Positions 48,188-60,443 of a stretch of 64,000 bases of DNA are shown here, one piece after another; within the stretch, counting starts at the first letter, position 1, and every line of letters starts with the position of its first letter. Source of the DNA: Acidimicrobiia bacterium (GTDB lineage Bacteria; Actinomycetota; Acidimicrobiia; Spongiisociales; UBA5794); assembly GCA_029939995.1 (NCBI GenBank), contig JAOZRW010000002.1, positions 18,265 to 82,264 on the forward strand. Direction: 5' to 3'. Under the pieces are notes generated by a model that saw only the letters and a program-made list of their open reading frames with translations, did not search any database and was not told the origin of the DNA. The translations under genes and the position numbers were made by a program.

Positions 48188-48825
48188 CCGTCGGCCAGAT
48201 CCAGGATCTGCTGCACCACGGCATCGATGCTCAGGTCGCTCGTGTCGATGATGACCGCGTCTTCGGCCGGCCGCAGCGGTGAGGCCTTCCGCGTCGAATC
48301 GGTGTGATCCCTCGCCGCCAGTTCGGTAGCGATCTCGGCCGTGGACTTTCCCGCTGCTTCGCTATCTCCGGACCTCCGCTCGGCACGCACCTCCGGCCGG
48401 GCGGTCAGGTAGATCTTGAGGGGAGCATCCGGGAACACGACCGTTCCGATGTCCCGTCCTTCGACGACTGCGTTCCCGCCGTGATGATCCACCCACGATC
48501 GCTGCCATGCCACGATGCGTCGCCGCACCTCCGGATGCGTCGCGACCGTGCTCGCTGCGGCGGCGATCGGTCCGCTGCGGATCGCCTCGGTGACGTCCTC
48601 GCCGTCGACCATGACGACTCCGTCTTCGATGTCGATGCGTGGCGTTCCGATGGCGGTGAGAACGGCTTGCGGGTCGTTGAGGTCGGCTCCGCTCCTCAAC
48701 GCGACGAGCCCGGTGACGCGGTAGGTGGAGCCGGTGTCGAAGTGCGGCACACCGAGAGCGGCGGCGACGCGGCGCGATACCGTCGACTTTCCCACACCTC
48801 CCGGTCCGTCTATCGCGATGACCAC
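48178..48825 (-). CDS. cmk: cytidylate kinase
   Basis: (M)VIAIDGPGGVGKSTVSRR P-loop N-terminus. GTG 48825 chosen; the remaining about 225 upstream codons of track ORF 48178..49503 are an Arg-rich alternative frame of aroA. Confidence 0.85.
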   Translation of the reverse strand: MVIAIDGPGGVGKSTVSRRVAAALGVPHFDTGSTYRVTGLVALRSGADLNDPQAVLTAIGTPRIDIEDGVVMVDGEDVTEAIRSGPIAAAASTVATHPEVRRRIVAWQRSWVDHHGGNAVVEGRDIGTVVFPDAPLKIYLTARPEVRAERRSGDSEAAGKSTAEIATELAARDHTDSTRKASPLRPAEDAVIIDTSDLSIDAVVQQILDLADGIG

Positions 48826-50084
48826 ACGGCCTCCAGGGTGTCGTAGATCGACGGCCAGGATACGTCGGCCGCGGAAGCTCCGAGAATCGTCACGGGCCCG
48901 TCGGCCGTCGTTGCGGCGACCGCGGCGGCCATGGCGATGCGGTGGTCCCCCATCGCGTCGACGGTTCCTCCGGGGAGGAAACCGGTTCCGACGACGGCGA
49001 ACCCGTCTTCTGTGGCTTCCGCTCCCCCGCCGAGCGCGCGGATCATGGCGGTTGTGCTCACGATGCGATCGGTCTCCTTGGCGCGGAGTTCGGCAGCGTC
49101 GCGCACGATCGTGACACCTTCCGCGTATGCGCCGAGCACCGCGACAAGGGGGAGCTCGTCGATCGCCGCAGCCACGGTGGCGCCGGAGACTTCGACGCCC
49201 TGCAGGCTTCGGCCCGTCACGGAGACGGTTCCGATCGGGTCGCCGTGGATCGTTCCGGTGACTTCGCCGTCGACGTCGGCGCCCATCCCTTCCAGGATCC
49301 CGAGGAAGCCGAGTCGTCCGGGATTCAGGGACACGCCGGGTGTCACGACTTCGGCTCCTTCCAGGAGCGCTGCGCTCGCCCACAGGTAGGCGGCGCTGGA
49401 CGGGTCTCCCGGGATCGTGTACGCGGCCGCCGGGATCCGGCCGGGCGTGATGCGCGTCCGTTCTCCCTCTTCGGTCGACGCCAGGCCGAACGTCTCGAGC
49501 CAACGCTCCGTGTGGTCCCGGTATCCGCGTGGGCTCCGGATCGTCGAGGGTCCCTCGGCCTGGATCGCCGCCAGTTCGAACGCGGTGCGAACCTGGGCGG
49601 ACGCGACGTCGATCGCCACGTCGGCGCCGATGAGTCCGCCGCCTTCGATGACGAGCGGCGCCGTTCCATCCGGCCCGGTGGTCACGCGGGATCCGAGGGC
49701 GCCGAGAGGGGCAACGAGTCGCCGCATCGGTCTGGAGCGGAGCGATTCGTCGCCCGTGAGGGTCGTTGTCATGGACGCGCCGCTGAGCGCCCCTGCGAGG
49801 AGTCGCATCGTGGTGCCCGAGTTGCCGCAGTCGATCGGACCGGGTGGCCGTTGCAGCCTCTCCGGAGGGACGAGTCGAGTCCCGGACATCCCGGCTCCGA
49901 GCTCGGCGACGGCCGCCATGCTGGAAGCCACGTCCCGTCCGGGAGCCAGACCGGTGATCTCGCTCGGGCCGTCCGCGATGGCAGCGAAGATGACCGCCCG
50001 GTGCGACAGCGATTTGTCTCCCGGGATCCGAACTCCGGTGTGGAACGGCGCCCCGACCGGTTCAAGCGTTCTGGCGTCCTGCAC
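48810..50084 (-). CDS. aroA: 3-phosphoshikimate 1-carboxyvinyltransferase (EPSP synthase)
   Basis: IPGDKSLSHRA, NSGTTMRLL and DHRIAMA motifs. GTG start. Confidence 0.93.
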   Translation of the reverse strand: MQDARTLEPVGAPFHTGVRIPGDKSLSHRAVIFAAIADGPSEITGLAPGRDVASSMAAVAELGAGMSGTRLVPPERLQRPPGPIDCGNSGTTMRLLAGALSGASMTTTLTGDESLRSRPMRRLVAPLGALGSRVTTGPDGTAPLVIEGGGLIGADVAIDVASAQVRTAFELAAIQAEGPSTIRSPRGYRDHTERWLETFGLASTEEGERTRITPGRIPAAAYTIPGDPSSAAYLWASAALLEGAEVVTPGVSLNPGRLGFLGILEGMGADVDGEVTGTIHGDPIGTVSVTGRSLQGVEVSGATVAAAIDELPLVAVLGAYAEGVTIVRDAAELRAKETDRIVSTTAMIRALGGGAEATEDGFAVVGTGFLPGGTVDAMGDHRIAMAAAVAATTADGPVTILGASAADVSWPSIYDTLEAVWSSR

Positions 50085-50802
50085 CGTCCGACTCCTTCCC
50101 CTGCTCGTAGAGGCTGCGGATCTCCTCGATCGTGAGCTCGCGATAGCTGCCGGCCGACAGCGATCCGTCGCGCACAGATCCGATGGCTGTGCGAACCAGT
50201 CGACGGACCGGATGACCGCACGCGTCCATCATCCTGCGGACGATCCGTTTGCGGCCCTCCCCCATGACGATCTCCACCAGGGTGGTATCGCGCGAAGAGT
50301 CGATGATGCGTGCCGAAACGGCGGCGGCCACACCGTCGTCCAGTTCGATCCCCTCGCGGAGCCGTCGGATCGTCGCGGGCTCCACGATGCCCGAGACCAG
50401 CACGACGTAGGTCTTGTGGACGCCGAATCGCGGATGCGTGATCCGTAGCGTGAGGTCCCCGTCGTTCGTGAGGATCATCAGGCCTTCCGAGGCGGCGTCG
50501 AGCCGGCCCGCCGGATAGACCCGCGGTTCGGGCGGTACGAGATCGACGACGATGGGGCGCCCTCCGGGATCGTCCGCGGTGCTGACCGTGCCGACCGGCT
50601 TGTAGACGAGGTACGTCGCGAGGTCGGGAGCGACCGGGAGCGGCACATCGTCGATCGTGACCTTGGCCGTGGACGGGTCGACCTTCTCGCCGATCTGCGC
50701 CACGTGCCCATCGACGGAGACCCTTCCCCGTCCGATCAGTACTTCGGCTCGGCGCCGCGAGGCGTAGCCCGAGCGGGCGATCAGCTTGTGGAGTCGTTCG
50801 AT
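50062..50802 (-). CDS. rluB: pseudouridine synthase, RluB/RsuA family (S4 domain + catalytic domain); start codon non-canonical
   Basis: Catalytic GRLDAASEGL motif. The S4 domain ERLHKLIARSGYASRRRAEVLIGRGRVSVDG is encoded in frame upstream of the first GTG (50703), with no ATG/GTG/TTG available. ATC at 50802, 4 nt after GGAGG, is proposed. Confidence 0.75.
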   Translation of the reverse strand: MERLHKLIARSGYASRRRAEVLIGRGRVSVDGHVAQIGEKVDPSTAKVTIDDVPLPVAPDLATYLVYKPVGTVSTADDPGGRPIVVDLVPPEPRVYPAGRLDAASEGLMILTNDGDLTLRITHPRFGVHKTYVVLVSGIVEPATIRRLREGIELDDGVAAAVSARIIDSSRDTTLVEIVMGEGRKRIVRRMMDACGHPVRRLVRTAIGSVRDGSLSAGSYRELTIEEIRSLYEQGKESDGAGRQNA

Positions 50803-51359
50803 GATGCCTCCGGTCGGAAGGGCCGCTCGAGGGTCTCGACCACGTCCGCGGGGGGTACGTGATCGGCCAGCGGCGGCAGATCCTGCACGCTGTTGACGCC
50901 GAGCTTCTCGAGGAACAGCTCGGTGGTGCCGTAGAGGATGGCCTGTCCCGGCCCCGGAGCCGTCCCGATCTCCCGCACGAGCCCCCGTCGCTCGAGGGTC
51001 CGGAGCGCTCGCTCCGAGTCGACGCCTCGTACCTCGGCGACCTGACCGCGCGACACCGGCTGCTTGTACGCGACGACGGCCAAGGTCTCGAGGGCGGCGC
51101 GGGACAGTCGAGTTGCCCGGTCCGTCGTGGCGAACCGTTCGAGGTACGGCCGTGCGTCGGGGGCCGTGTAGAGCCGCCAGCCTCCGGCGACGGCGCGCAG
51201 GACGACACCGCCGTCCCGGTCGTTGAGTTCACGTTCGAGGTCCGCGAGGGCCGCTTCGACCTCCGCGGGAGGCGATTCCGTGACTTCCGACAATTCCCCG
51301 ACGGTCACCGGAGATTCGGCGACGAAGAGGATCGCTTCGAGCGCGCTCCCGATGTCCAT
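50781..51359 (-). CDS. scpB: segregation and condensation protein B
   Basis: ALEAILFVAESPVTVGEL... and two wHTH repeats (AALETLAVVAYKQPVSRGQV). ATG 51359 shares one nt with the scpA stop. Confidence 0.88.
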   Translation of the reverse strand: MDIGSALEAILFVAESPVTVGELSEVTESPPAEVEAALADLERELNDRDGGVVLRAVAGGWRLYTAPDARPYLERFATTDRATRLSRAALETLAVVAYKQPVSRGQVAEVRGVDSERALRTLERRGLVREIGTAPGPGQAILYGTTELFLEKLGVNSVQDLPPLADHVPPADVVETLERPFRPEASSNDSTS

Positions 51360-52132
51360 CAGATGGGTTCCTCTCCGCTCAGGAGCGCATCGAGGCGTTC
51401 CGCGGCGTCTGCTTCGCTGTAGCTGATCATGATCTTCGACGTTCGATCCTCCTGCGAAACACGCAGGATCCCCCACCGTGCCAGTTCGAGAAGGCCGAGG
51501 AAGTAGGCGACGACCTCGACCGACCGGGAGCAATGCGCGGTCAGCGTGTCGAAGTCTGTTTCGACGGCGAGGGCCATGCGATCCTGGAGGTCGAGCATGG
51601 CTTCTTGCACGGACGGGAGGTCGAGGTCCAGATGATCTGTATCGACGGGCTCGTCCCCCTCGGCGAATACCCGTCCGGCGATCGCGGCGAGGCCGGCCGC
51701 GTCGACCGGCAACGCGACGTCGGGGGGAATCGGCGTGACGTTCTCGAGGCCGACCGATCTCGGAACGAACCGCTCGCCGGATGCGAAGCGATGTGCGAGG
51801 ACGGCCGCGACGTCTTTGAACGTCAGGTTCATGAGGAGGCGCGACAGGAGCCGGTCCCGTTCCTCGGCGAGCGCGAGTTCGTCGTCGAGGTCGATCTCGC
51901 GGTCGTCCGGGAGGAGGTGTCTGGCCTTCAACTGGATCAGCGTGGATGCGATGAGCAGGAATTCGCTGGTGACGGTCAGATCCATCGAGCTCATCACGTC
52001 GAGGTATTCCAGGTACTCGCCGACGAGGTCCGACAGGCTCAGCTCGGTGATCTCCACCTGATGCGACGTGATCAACTGCAGCAGCAGATCGAGCGGCCCT
52101 TCGAAGACCCGGGTTCTCACCTCGTACGTCAT
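51359..52132 (-). CDS. scpA: segregation and condensation protein A
   Basis: FEGPLDLLLQLI N-terminal kleisin motif. 257 aa. Confidence 0.9.
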   Translation of the reverse strand: MTYEVRTRVFEGPLDLLLQLITSHQVEITELSLSDLVGEYLEYLDVMSSMDLTVTSEFLLIASTLIQLKARHLLPDDREIDLDDELALAEERDRLLSRLLMNLTFKDVAAVLAHRFASGERFVPRSVGLENVTPIPPDVALPVDAAGLAAIAGRVFAEGDEPVDTDHLDLDLPSVQEAMLDLQDRMALAVETDFDTLTAHCSRSVEVVAYFLGLLELARWGILRVSQEDRTSKIMISYSEADAAERLDALLSGEEPI

Positions 52133-52178
52133 GGGGGTGATGTTATCCGGAGCGATGGCGGGAAGCCGGGAACCCGCT

Positions 52179-52679
52179 TCATCCGTCGGCCTCGCTCAAC
52201 GTCTTCCACCGAACCGGATCGATCCCGCCCGGTGGCGGACCGGGGTGATGCAGGGCGAACGCAACGGTCAGCGGCCCACATCCAGCGTCTGCGAGCATCT
52301 CGGCCCCCCGGGGTCCGTGGTCCCGGTAGCGCCGCATCCGTTGGGTCATCGGCAACCCGGCGGCGTCGAGTACCGTCGCCAGCGATCGCGAGATCGCTCC
52401 GATCGGGACGCCGCTCTTTCCGACGTCGTGGAGGAGGGCGGCTTCGATCGCTTCACGGTCGTCGCCCAGAGCGCCGCTCACTCGCCGGGCGACCCGCACG
52501 GCGTGGTCCTGGTCGGCCCCGCTCTGGGCCCAGAACAGCGCGGCGCAGGGATCGTTGAGATGGTCGTGCACGAACTGCTGATCCTCCGGACCGGGAGGGT
52601 TCGCCGTGACGTGCCCGAAGAATCGGCCGACCAGGTGCATCGTGGAGCCCAGACGACGGCTCACGACGAGGACTTGCAC
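52179..52679 (-). CDS. HD domain-containing protein
   Basis: HAVRVAR...ALLHDVGK matches an H..HD metal-binding pattern. The start is uncertain (52679, or MHLVG at 52640). Confidence 0.65.
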   Translation of the reverse strand: MQVLVVSRRLGSTMHLVGRFFGHVTANPPGPEDQQFVHDHLNDPCAALFWAQSGADQDHAVRVARRVSGALGDDREAIEAALLHDVGKSGVPIGAISRSLATVLDAAGLPMTQRMRRYRDHGPRGAEMLADAGCGPLTVAFALHHPGPPPGGIDPVRWKTLSEADG

Positions 52680-53011
52680 CTCACGCAGAGTCGCGACGTC
52701 GGGCGGAAGGCCATGCGATCTGCGCCGATAGAAGCGCCACAGCGTTCGCAGATCCCGTAGCGTCCCTCGCTGATCGCGTTCAGGGCCGCATCGATGTCGT
52801 CGAGACGCGTCTTGAGCGTCTTGGCGAGACCCAGGATCTTGGTCCGCTCTGCGGTCACGGCTCCGGCATCGGCGAACGCGTCGCCGAAATCGATCGTACC
52901 CGTGAGCTGCCCGGACTCGTCGGAACCGATCTCGGTCAGCTGGCGCACGACCTTGTCCCGCTCCTCGGTGAGGGCCGCCCGGGCGGCTTCGGTGTCGATG
53001 GTCGCGGTCAT
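52661..53011 (-). CDS. TraR/DksA family C4-type zinc finger protein
   Basis: Coiled-coil N-terminus and CERCGASIGADRMAFRPTSRLCVRC finger. ATG 53011 is preceded by AAGGAGGA. Confidence 0.8.
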   Translation of the reverse strand: MTATIDTEAARAALTEERDKVVRQLTEIGSDESGQLTGTIDFGDAFADAGAVTAERTKILGLAKTLKTRLDDIDAALNAISEGRYGICERCGASIGADRMAFRPTSRLCVRCKSSS

Positions 53012-53036
53012 GCCGAGTTCGTCCTCCTTCGTGCCC

Positions 53037-53918
53037 CTACCGTGCACGTGGGTGCGCCAGCACATAAACCTCGTTCAGGTGCTCGGGGGACACAAGCGTG
53101 TAAACCTGTGTGGTGCTGATACTAGCGTGGCCGAGCATTTCCTGGACGGTTCTCAGATCCGCTCCCCCTTCCACCATGTGGGTTGCAGCCGAGTGACGCA
53201 GGACGTGCGGCGACAGCACATCCGCTTCGATGCCGGCCCGCCTGCCGTTTCGCTTGACGATCTCCCAGAGACCCTGGCGTGTCAGGCGGCGGCCCCTGGC
53301 GTTGACGAACAGCACGTCGCTTCGCTCTCGCTCATCGAGGAGGCCCATCCGGACGGGCAGATAATCCCTGATCGCCGTTCGAGCGTGGCTCCCGAGAGGC
53401 ACGAGGCGCTGCTTGTTGCCTTTGCCCGTCACGATCACCGTTCCCGTGTCCAGCTCCAGATCGGTGAGACCCACCGTGATGGCCTCGGTGGCTCGCGTCC
53501 CCGTCGCGTAGAGGAACTCGAGGATCGCGGTGTCCCGGATACCGAGGGCCGTAGATCGGTCCGGTGCTTCGAGGAGGCGCTCGACCTCGTCGATCGTCAG
53601 AGCCTTGGGAAGTGTGCGGGATCGTCGCGGCGTCTCGACGAGGACCGTCGGATCCTCGTCGGCGAGTCCCTCCACGATGAGGAACCGGTGGTATCCGCGC
53701 ACGGCGGCGATGCGACGCGCCCTCGTGGAGCGAGCGAGACCCTTTGCTGAGAGATGAACGACGAACTCCTCGACGCCGCGCCCTCCTCGGGTCGCTTCGA
53801 GGAAGGTGAAGTAGTCCTCGAGGTCTCGTCGATACGCCGCGACCGTATTGGCCGCGAGCCCTCGTTCCGATCTCAACGATCCGAGGAACTCTTCCGCTTC
53901 GGCCGGCAGCGGCCTCAT
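53037..53918 (-). CDS. xerD: site-specific tyrosine recombinase XerD
   Basis: SAM-like N-domain (GLAANTVAAYRRDL). Catalytic RHSAATHMVEGGADLRTVQEMLGHASISTTQVYT with Tyr. Confidence 0.9.
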   Translation of the reverse strand: MRPLPAEAEEFLGSLRSERGLAANTVAAYRRDLEDYFTFLEATRGGRGVEEFVVHLSAKGLARSTRARRIAAVRGYHRFLIVEGLADEDPTVLVETPRRSRTLPKALTIDEVERLLEAPDRSTALGIRDTAILEFLYATGTRATEAITVGLTDLELDTGTVIVTGKGNKQRLVPLGSHARTAIRDYLPVRMGLLDERERSDVLFVNARGRRLTRQGLWEIVKRNGRRAGIEADVLSPHVLRHSAATHMVEGGADLRTVQEMLGHASISTTQVYTLVSPEHLNEVYVLAHPRAR

Positions 53919-54445
53919 CGCGCCGATGTGAGGAGCAGACCGGCCACGGTCTTCGCGTCGGTGATCTCCCCGGCGAGGACGCGGTCGACCGCGTCCGACA
54001 ACGGCACGCGGACGATCGACGCGTGGTCTTCCTCGATACCGACGGGACGCGCCTCGACGGGGCGCAGATCGGTGCCGAGGTAGATCGTGATGCATTCGTC
54101 GCTGAAGCCGGGGGTCGTGAGGAGATCGGTCAGGTGCTCGAGGCGACCGGGCGCGTATCCGACCTCTTCTTCGAGCTCCCGGGCGGCCGTCTCCCGTCGC
54201 GGTTCTCCGGGAATGTCGAGTTTCCCCGCCGGGATCTCGAGGAGGCCTCTCCCGACGGCTGCACGGTGCTGTTCGATCAGGATCACGTCTCCGTCGATCA
54301 ACGGGACGACGGCGACGGCCCCGGGATGTGCCACGATCACCCGCTCGATCACTCCGCCGTCCGGAGTTTCCACGACGGCCCGATCGAGTCTGAGGAACAG
54401 CTCTTCCGCGATCGTTCTCGAACCGATCGTTCGGAATCCGCTCAT
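53915..54445 (-). CDS. NUDIX hydrolase (ADP-ribose pyrophosphatase-like)
   Basis: Nudix box GKLDIPGEPRRETAARELEEEVGY. ATGA overlap with xerD. Confidence 0.85.
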   Translation of the reverse strand: MSGFRTIGSRTIAEELFLRLDRAVVETPDGGVIERVIVAHPGAVAVVPLIDGDVILIEQHRAAVGRGLLEIPAGKLDIPGEPRRETAARELEEEVGYAPGRLEHLTDLLTTPGFSDECITIYLGTDLRPVEARPVGIEEDHASIVRVPLSDAVDRVLAGEITDAKTVAGLLLTSAR

Positions 54446-54446
54446 C

Positions 54447-57789
<3,343 letters not shown>

Positions 57790-57867
57790 CAGCGGGCGCG
57801 GTGCGAGCCGGCGGGGACGACGGCGAGGGCCTGCAGGACGCCAGCCGAGGGCGGTCTTCCTTCGCTG

Positions 57868-58665
57868 TCAGGCATGGGCGAGTCCGAACTGGTGGCGTAC
57901 CGCCTGCGGGAACGGGTGCGTGTCGAGCGTCAGGAAGTGGGCGCTCCGACGTCCCCGCTGGACGACGACGCTCTGTCCCGCCTCGACCGTCCCGACCTTG
58001 CGCCCGTCGACGTTCACACGGGCCGGTCGGTTCAGTTCGACGGTGATCTCGATGCGTGCGTTCCTCGACACGATGAGGCTGCGGGAGAGCAGGCTGTGGG
58101 GAGCGACGGGGGTGAGCACGAGAGCCTCGACCTCCGGGTCGACGACCGGGCCGCCCGCCGACAGGGAGTACGCCGTCGAACCGACCGGCGTGGCTACGAT
58201 CATCCCGTCGGTCCGGTAGTCCGCGAATCGGTGTCCGTTGATCGTCACGCCGATCTCGATGATCCGCTCGCTGACGATTTTCTCGACGACGACGTCGTTG
58301 ATCCCCGACGCTGAGAATCCGGGCCCTTCCACGTCGACGGTCATCACGGGGAACACACGGCAGCGGTCGGCTGCGAGGGCTTCCGCGAACGTATCGATCT
58401 CGCTCACAGCGAACTCGGCGAGATATCCGACCCGGCCGACGTTGATCCCCGCAACGGGGATGCCCCGCTCGAGGCCGAGGGCTGCTGCCCGAAGCACGGT
58501 CCCATCGCCGCCGACGCCGACGACCGCTTCGACCCCGTCCGGCATGCCCCCGCCGTCGACGTTGATCGTTTCGATGCCGTGTGAGGCACACGCCTTTGTG
58601 AACGAGCGGGCGGCCTCGGCGGCGTGAGGTTTCACGTCATGGATGACGACGGCGATTCGCTTCAC
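57868..58665 (-). CDS. nadK: NAD kinase
   Basis: GVGGDGTVLRAA and NDVVV motifs. GTG start overlaps the tlyA stop (GTGA). Confidence 0.9.
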   Translation of the reverse strand: MKRIAVVIHDVKPHAAEAARSFTKACASHGIETINVDGGGMPDGVEAVVGVGGDGTVLRAAALGLERGIPVAGINVGRVGYLAEFAVSEIDTFAEALAADRCRVFPVMTVDVEGPGFSASGINDVVVEKIVSERIIEIGVTINGHRFADYRTDGMIVATPVGSTAYSLSAGGPVVDPEVEALVLTPVAPHSLLSRSLIVSRNARIEITVELNRPARVNVDGRKVGTVEAGQSVVVQRGRRSAHFLTLDTHPFPQAVRHQFGLAHA

Positions 58666-59453
58666 TGGGAACTCTCCTCGAGCGTTACGGCCCGTACGGT
58701 ACCGGCATCCACGGTGCGTTCGGCGATCCTTCCGTGGACGAGGAACTCGCGGTTGCCTTCCGTGCCTGTGATCGTCGATCGCACGAGACCCACGGCTCCG
58801 ATTCCGTCGGCTTCCAGCGCGTCGATCGCCTGGCCGATCGCGATCGCATGGACCTCGGGGTCCCGGATGATTCCCCCCTTGCCGACGAGGTCCCGGCCCG
58901 CCTCGAACTGTGGCTTGATGAGAAGCACCCAGTCGGAGTTTTCCGATCCCAGAGCGGCCAGCTGCGGCGCAACGAGGGCGAGGGAGATGAACGAGAGATC
59001 GGCGACGATCACACCGAACGGCGCTCCGAGTTCCAGCGGATCGGCATGGCGTATGTTGGTGCGTTCGATGACCGTGACCCTCTCATCGGTGCGGAGCCGA
59101 TGGTGGATCTGCCCGTACCCCACGTCGACGGCGACGACGGATGCGGCTCCTCGCTGGAGCAGACAGTCTGTGAACCCTCCGGTCGACGCCCCCACATCGA
59201 CCGCATGGCGTCCTTCGATCGGGATCCCGAAAGCGTCGAGCGCCCCGTCGAGTTTCACTCCCGCACGGCTGACGAACCGGCGCGGCGGCCCGTCGATCGA
59301 CAGCGGATCTTCGGGGGCGACCATCGTCGACGCCTTCGGTGTGGGGTTCCCGCGAACACGCACGAGCCCCGACTCGATGGCGCTGCGCGCCGCAGAGCGC
59401 GACGGGACGAGCTTGCGGCGTACGAGCTCCGTGTCGAGGCGGCGTCTCGTCAG
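58662..59453 (-). CDS. tlyA: TlyA family rRNA 2'-O-methyltransferase (S4 domain + FtsJ-like domain); probable CTG start
   Basis: SAM motif VDVGASTGGFTD. The S4 region TRRRLDTELVRRKLVPSRSAARSAIESGLVRV lies in frame upstream of the first GTG (59363), with no ATG/GTG/TTG. CTG at 59453 overlaps the upstream TGA (CTGA). Confidence 0.8.
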   Translation of the reverse strand: MTRRRLDTELVRRKLVPSRSAARSAIESGLVRVRGNPTPKASTMVAPEDPLSIDGPPRRFVSRAGVKLDGALDAFGIPIEGRHAVDVGASTGGFTDCLLQRGAASVVAVDVGYGQIHHRLRTDERVTVIERTNIRHADPLELGAPFGVIVADLSFISLALVAPQLAALGSENSDWVLLIKPQFEAGRDLVGKGGIIRDPEVHAIAIGQAIDALEADGIGAVGLVRSTITGTEGNREFLVHGRIAERTVDAGTVRAVTLEESSQ

Positions 59454-59626
59454 GGTCCTTCGCTCCCGCGTCCGCCGTCGATGTCGTCGAGCGCCTCTCC
59501 GAGCCGCCCGGCGATCTCCTCCGCCGTCTCCGGAGCGTCCGCGGCATCCGTTCGCTCGAGCTCCGCTTCGAGCGCATCGAGGAGAGCTGCCGGGTCCTCC
59601 TGCTGTGGTGTGGAGTCTTGTGTCAT
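59450..59626 (-). CDS. small acidic hypothetical protein (58 aa; same position as Rv1693)
   Basis: Not in the track (under 60 aa). Reads MTQDSTPQQEDPAALLDALEAELERTDAADAPETAEEIAGRLGEALDDIDGGRGSEGP. High GC3. Lies between the HAD gene and tlyA, as the small ORF does in M. tuberculosis. Confidence 0.5.
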   Translation of the reverse strand: MTQDSTPQQEDPAALLDALEAELERTDAADAPETAEEIAGRLGEALDDIDGGRGSEGP

Positions 59627-59633
59627 GGGGCCA

Positions 59634-60443
59634 TTATCGCCCGGTCGGTGCCGGTTGCCGATTCAACAGCGCAGGCAGATCCGCGATCGACGCGATCGTA
59701 TGATCCGGTTGAAGCTCCTCCGGAATCGGATCTCCTTCCGAGGTCACGCCGGTGAGCACGAGGATCTTCTTCCACCCGGCTGCTGCGGCGAGAGCGAGGT
59801 CGGTGTCGGGCCGGTCCCCGATCATCCAGACGTCGTCGTTGTCGATCTTCGATCGGATCATGGCCAGCATCGGGGGAAACGGCTTGCCGCACACGATCGG
59901 GCTCCTGCCCGTGGCCCGTTCGACGGCCGCGGCGATGGCGCCTCCGCCGGGGTGTTTCCCGGTGGGCGTCGGGAAGGTCGGGTCCGTGTTCGTGGCGAAG
60001 AAACGGGCGCCGTGGTTCACAGCCAGGACGGCGGCGGTGAGCCGCTCGTACGACAGGCGGCGGTCCAGGCCGACGACGAGCGCGGTCGCGTCGTAGGGGT
60101 CGCCGGTCACACCGATGCCCGCTTCCCGGAGTGTGTCTTCGAGCTCCGTGGAACCGAGGACGAGACAGCGTTCGGCGTCGTCCTTCAGGACCATGGCCGC
60201 GGCCATGCCCGATGTGATGACGGAGCCTGCTTCGGGTACGAAACCGGTCCTCTCCGCGATGGCGTCCTCCACGGCGCAGAGTGCTCGGGATGAGTTGTTG
60301 GTCGCGAACAGGATCTGATGACCGTCGTCTTTCAGCCCGGCGAGCGTCGGCCCGGCACCCGGAACCGCTTCCCCGGCGAGGTACACGACACCGTCGAGAT
60401 CGAACACGAAGGTCTTGGGCCGCGCGCCGCCGGATCTGGTCAT
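59634..60443 (-). CDS. HAD-superfamily hydrolase, NagD-like phosphatase (Rv1692-like)
   Basis: FVFDLDGVVY (DxDG nucleophile motif), TNNS, KP and GDRPDTD motifs. Confidence 0.85.
   Translation of the reverse strand: MTRSGGARPKTFVFDLDGVVYLAGEAVPGAGPTLAGLKDDGHQILFATNNSSRALCAVEDAIAERTGFVPEAGSVITSGMAAAMVLKDDAERCLVLGSTELEDTLREAGIGVTGDPYDATALVVGLDRRLSYERLTAAVLAVNHGARFFATNTDPTFPTPTGKHPGGGAIAAAVERATGRSPIVCGKPFPPMLAMIRSKIDNDDVWMIGDRPDTDLALAAAAGWKKILVLTGVTSEGDPIPEELQPDHTIASIADLPALLNRQPAPTGR

Noticed and set aside
50845-50860. A run of six C (minus strand GTA CCC CCC GCG in scpB) as a -1 programmed frameshift site fusing ScpB to the RluB frame.
   Set aside because: The heptamer in the scpB frame is A_CCC_CCC, so P-site re-pairing would be imperfect. 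I see no downstream stimulatory structure, the ScpB C-terminus looks normal, and no ScpB-RluB fusions are known to me. A non-canonical start is the simpler explanation.
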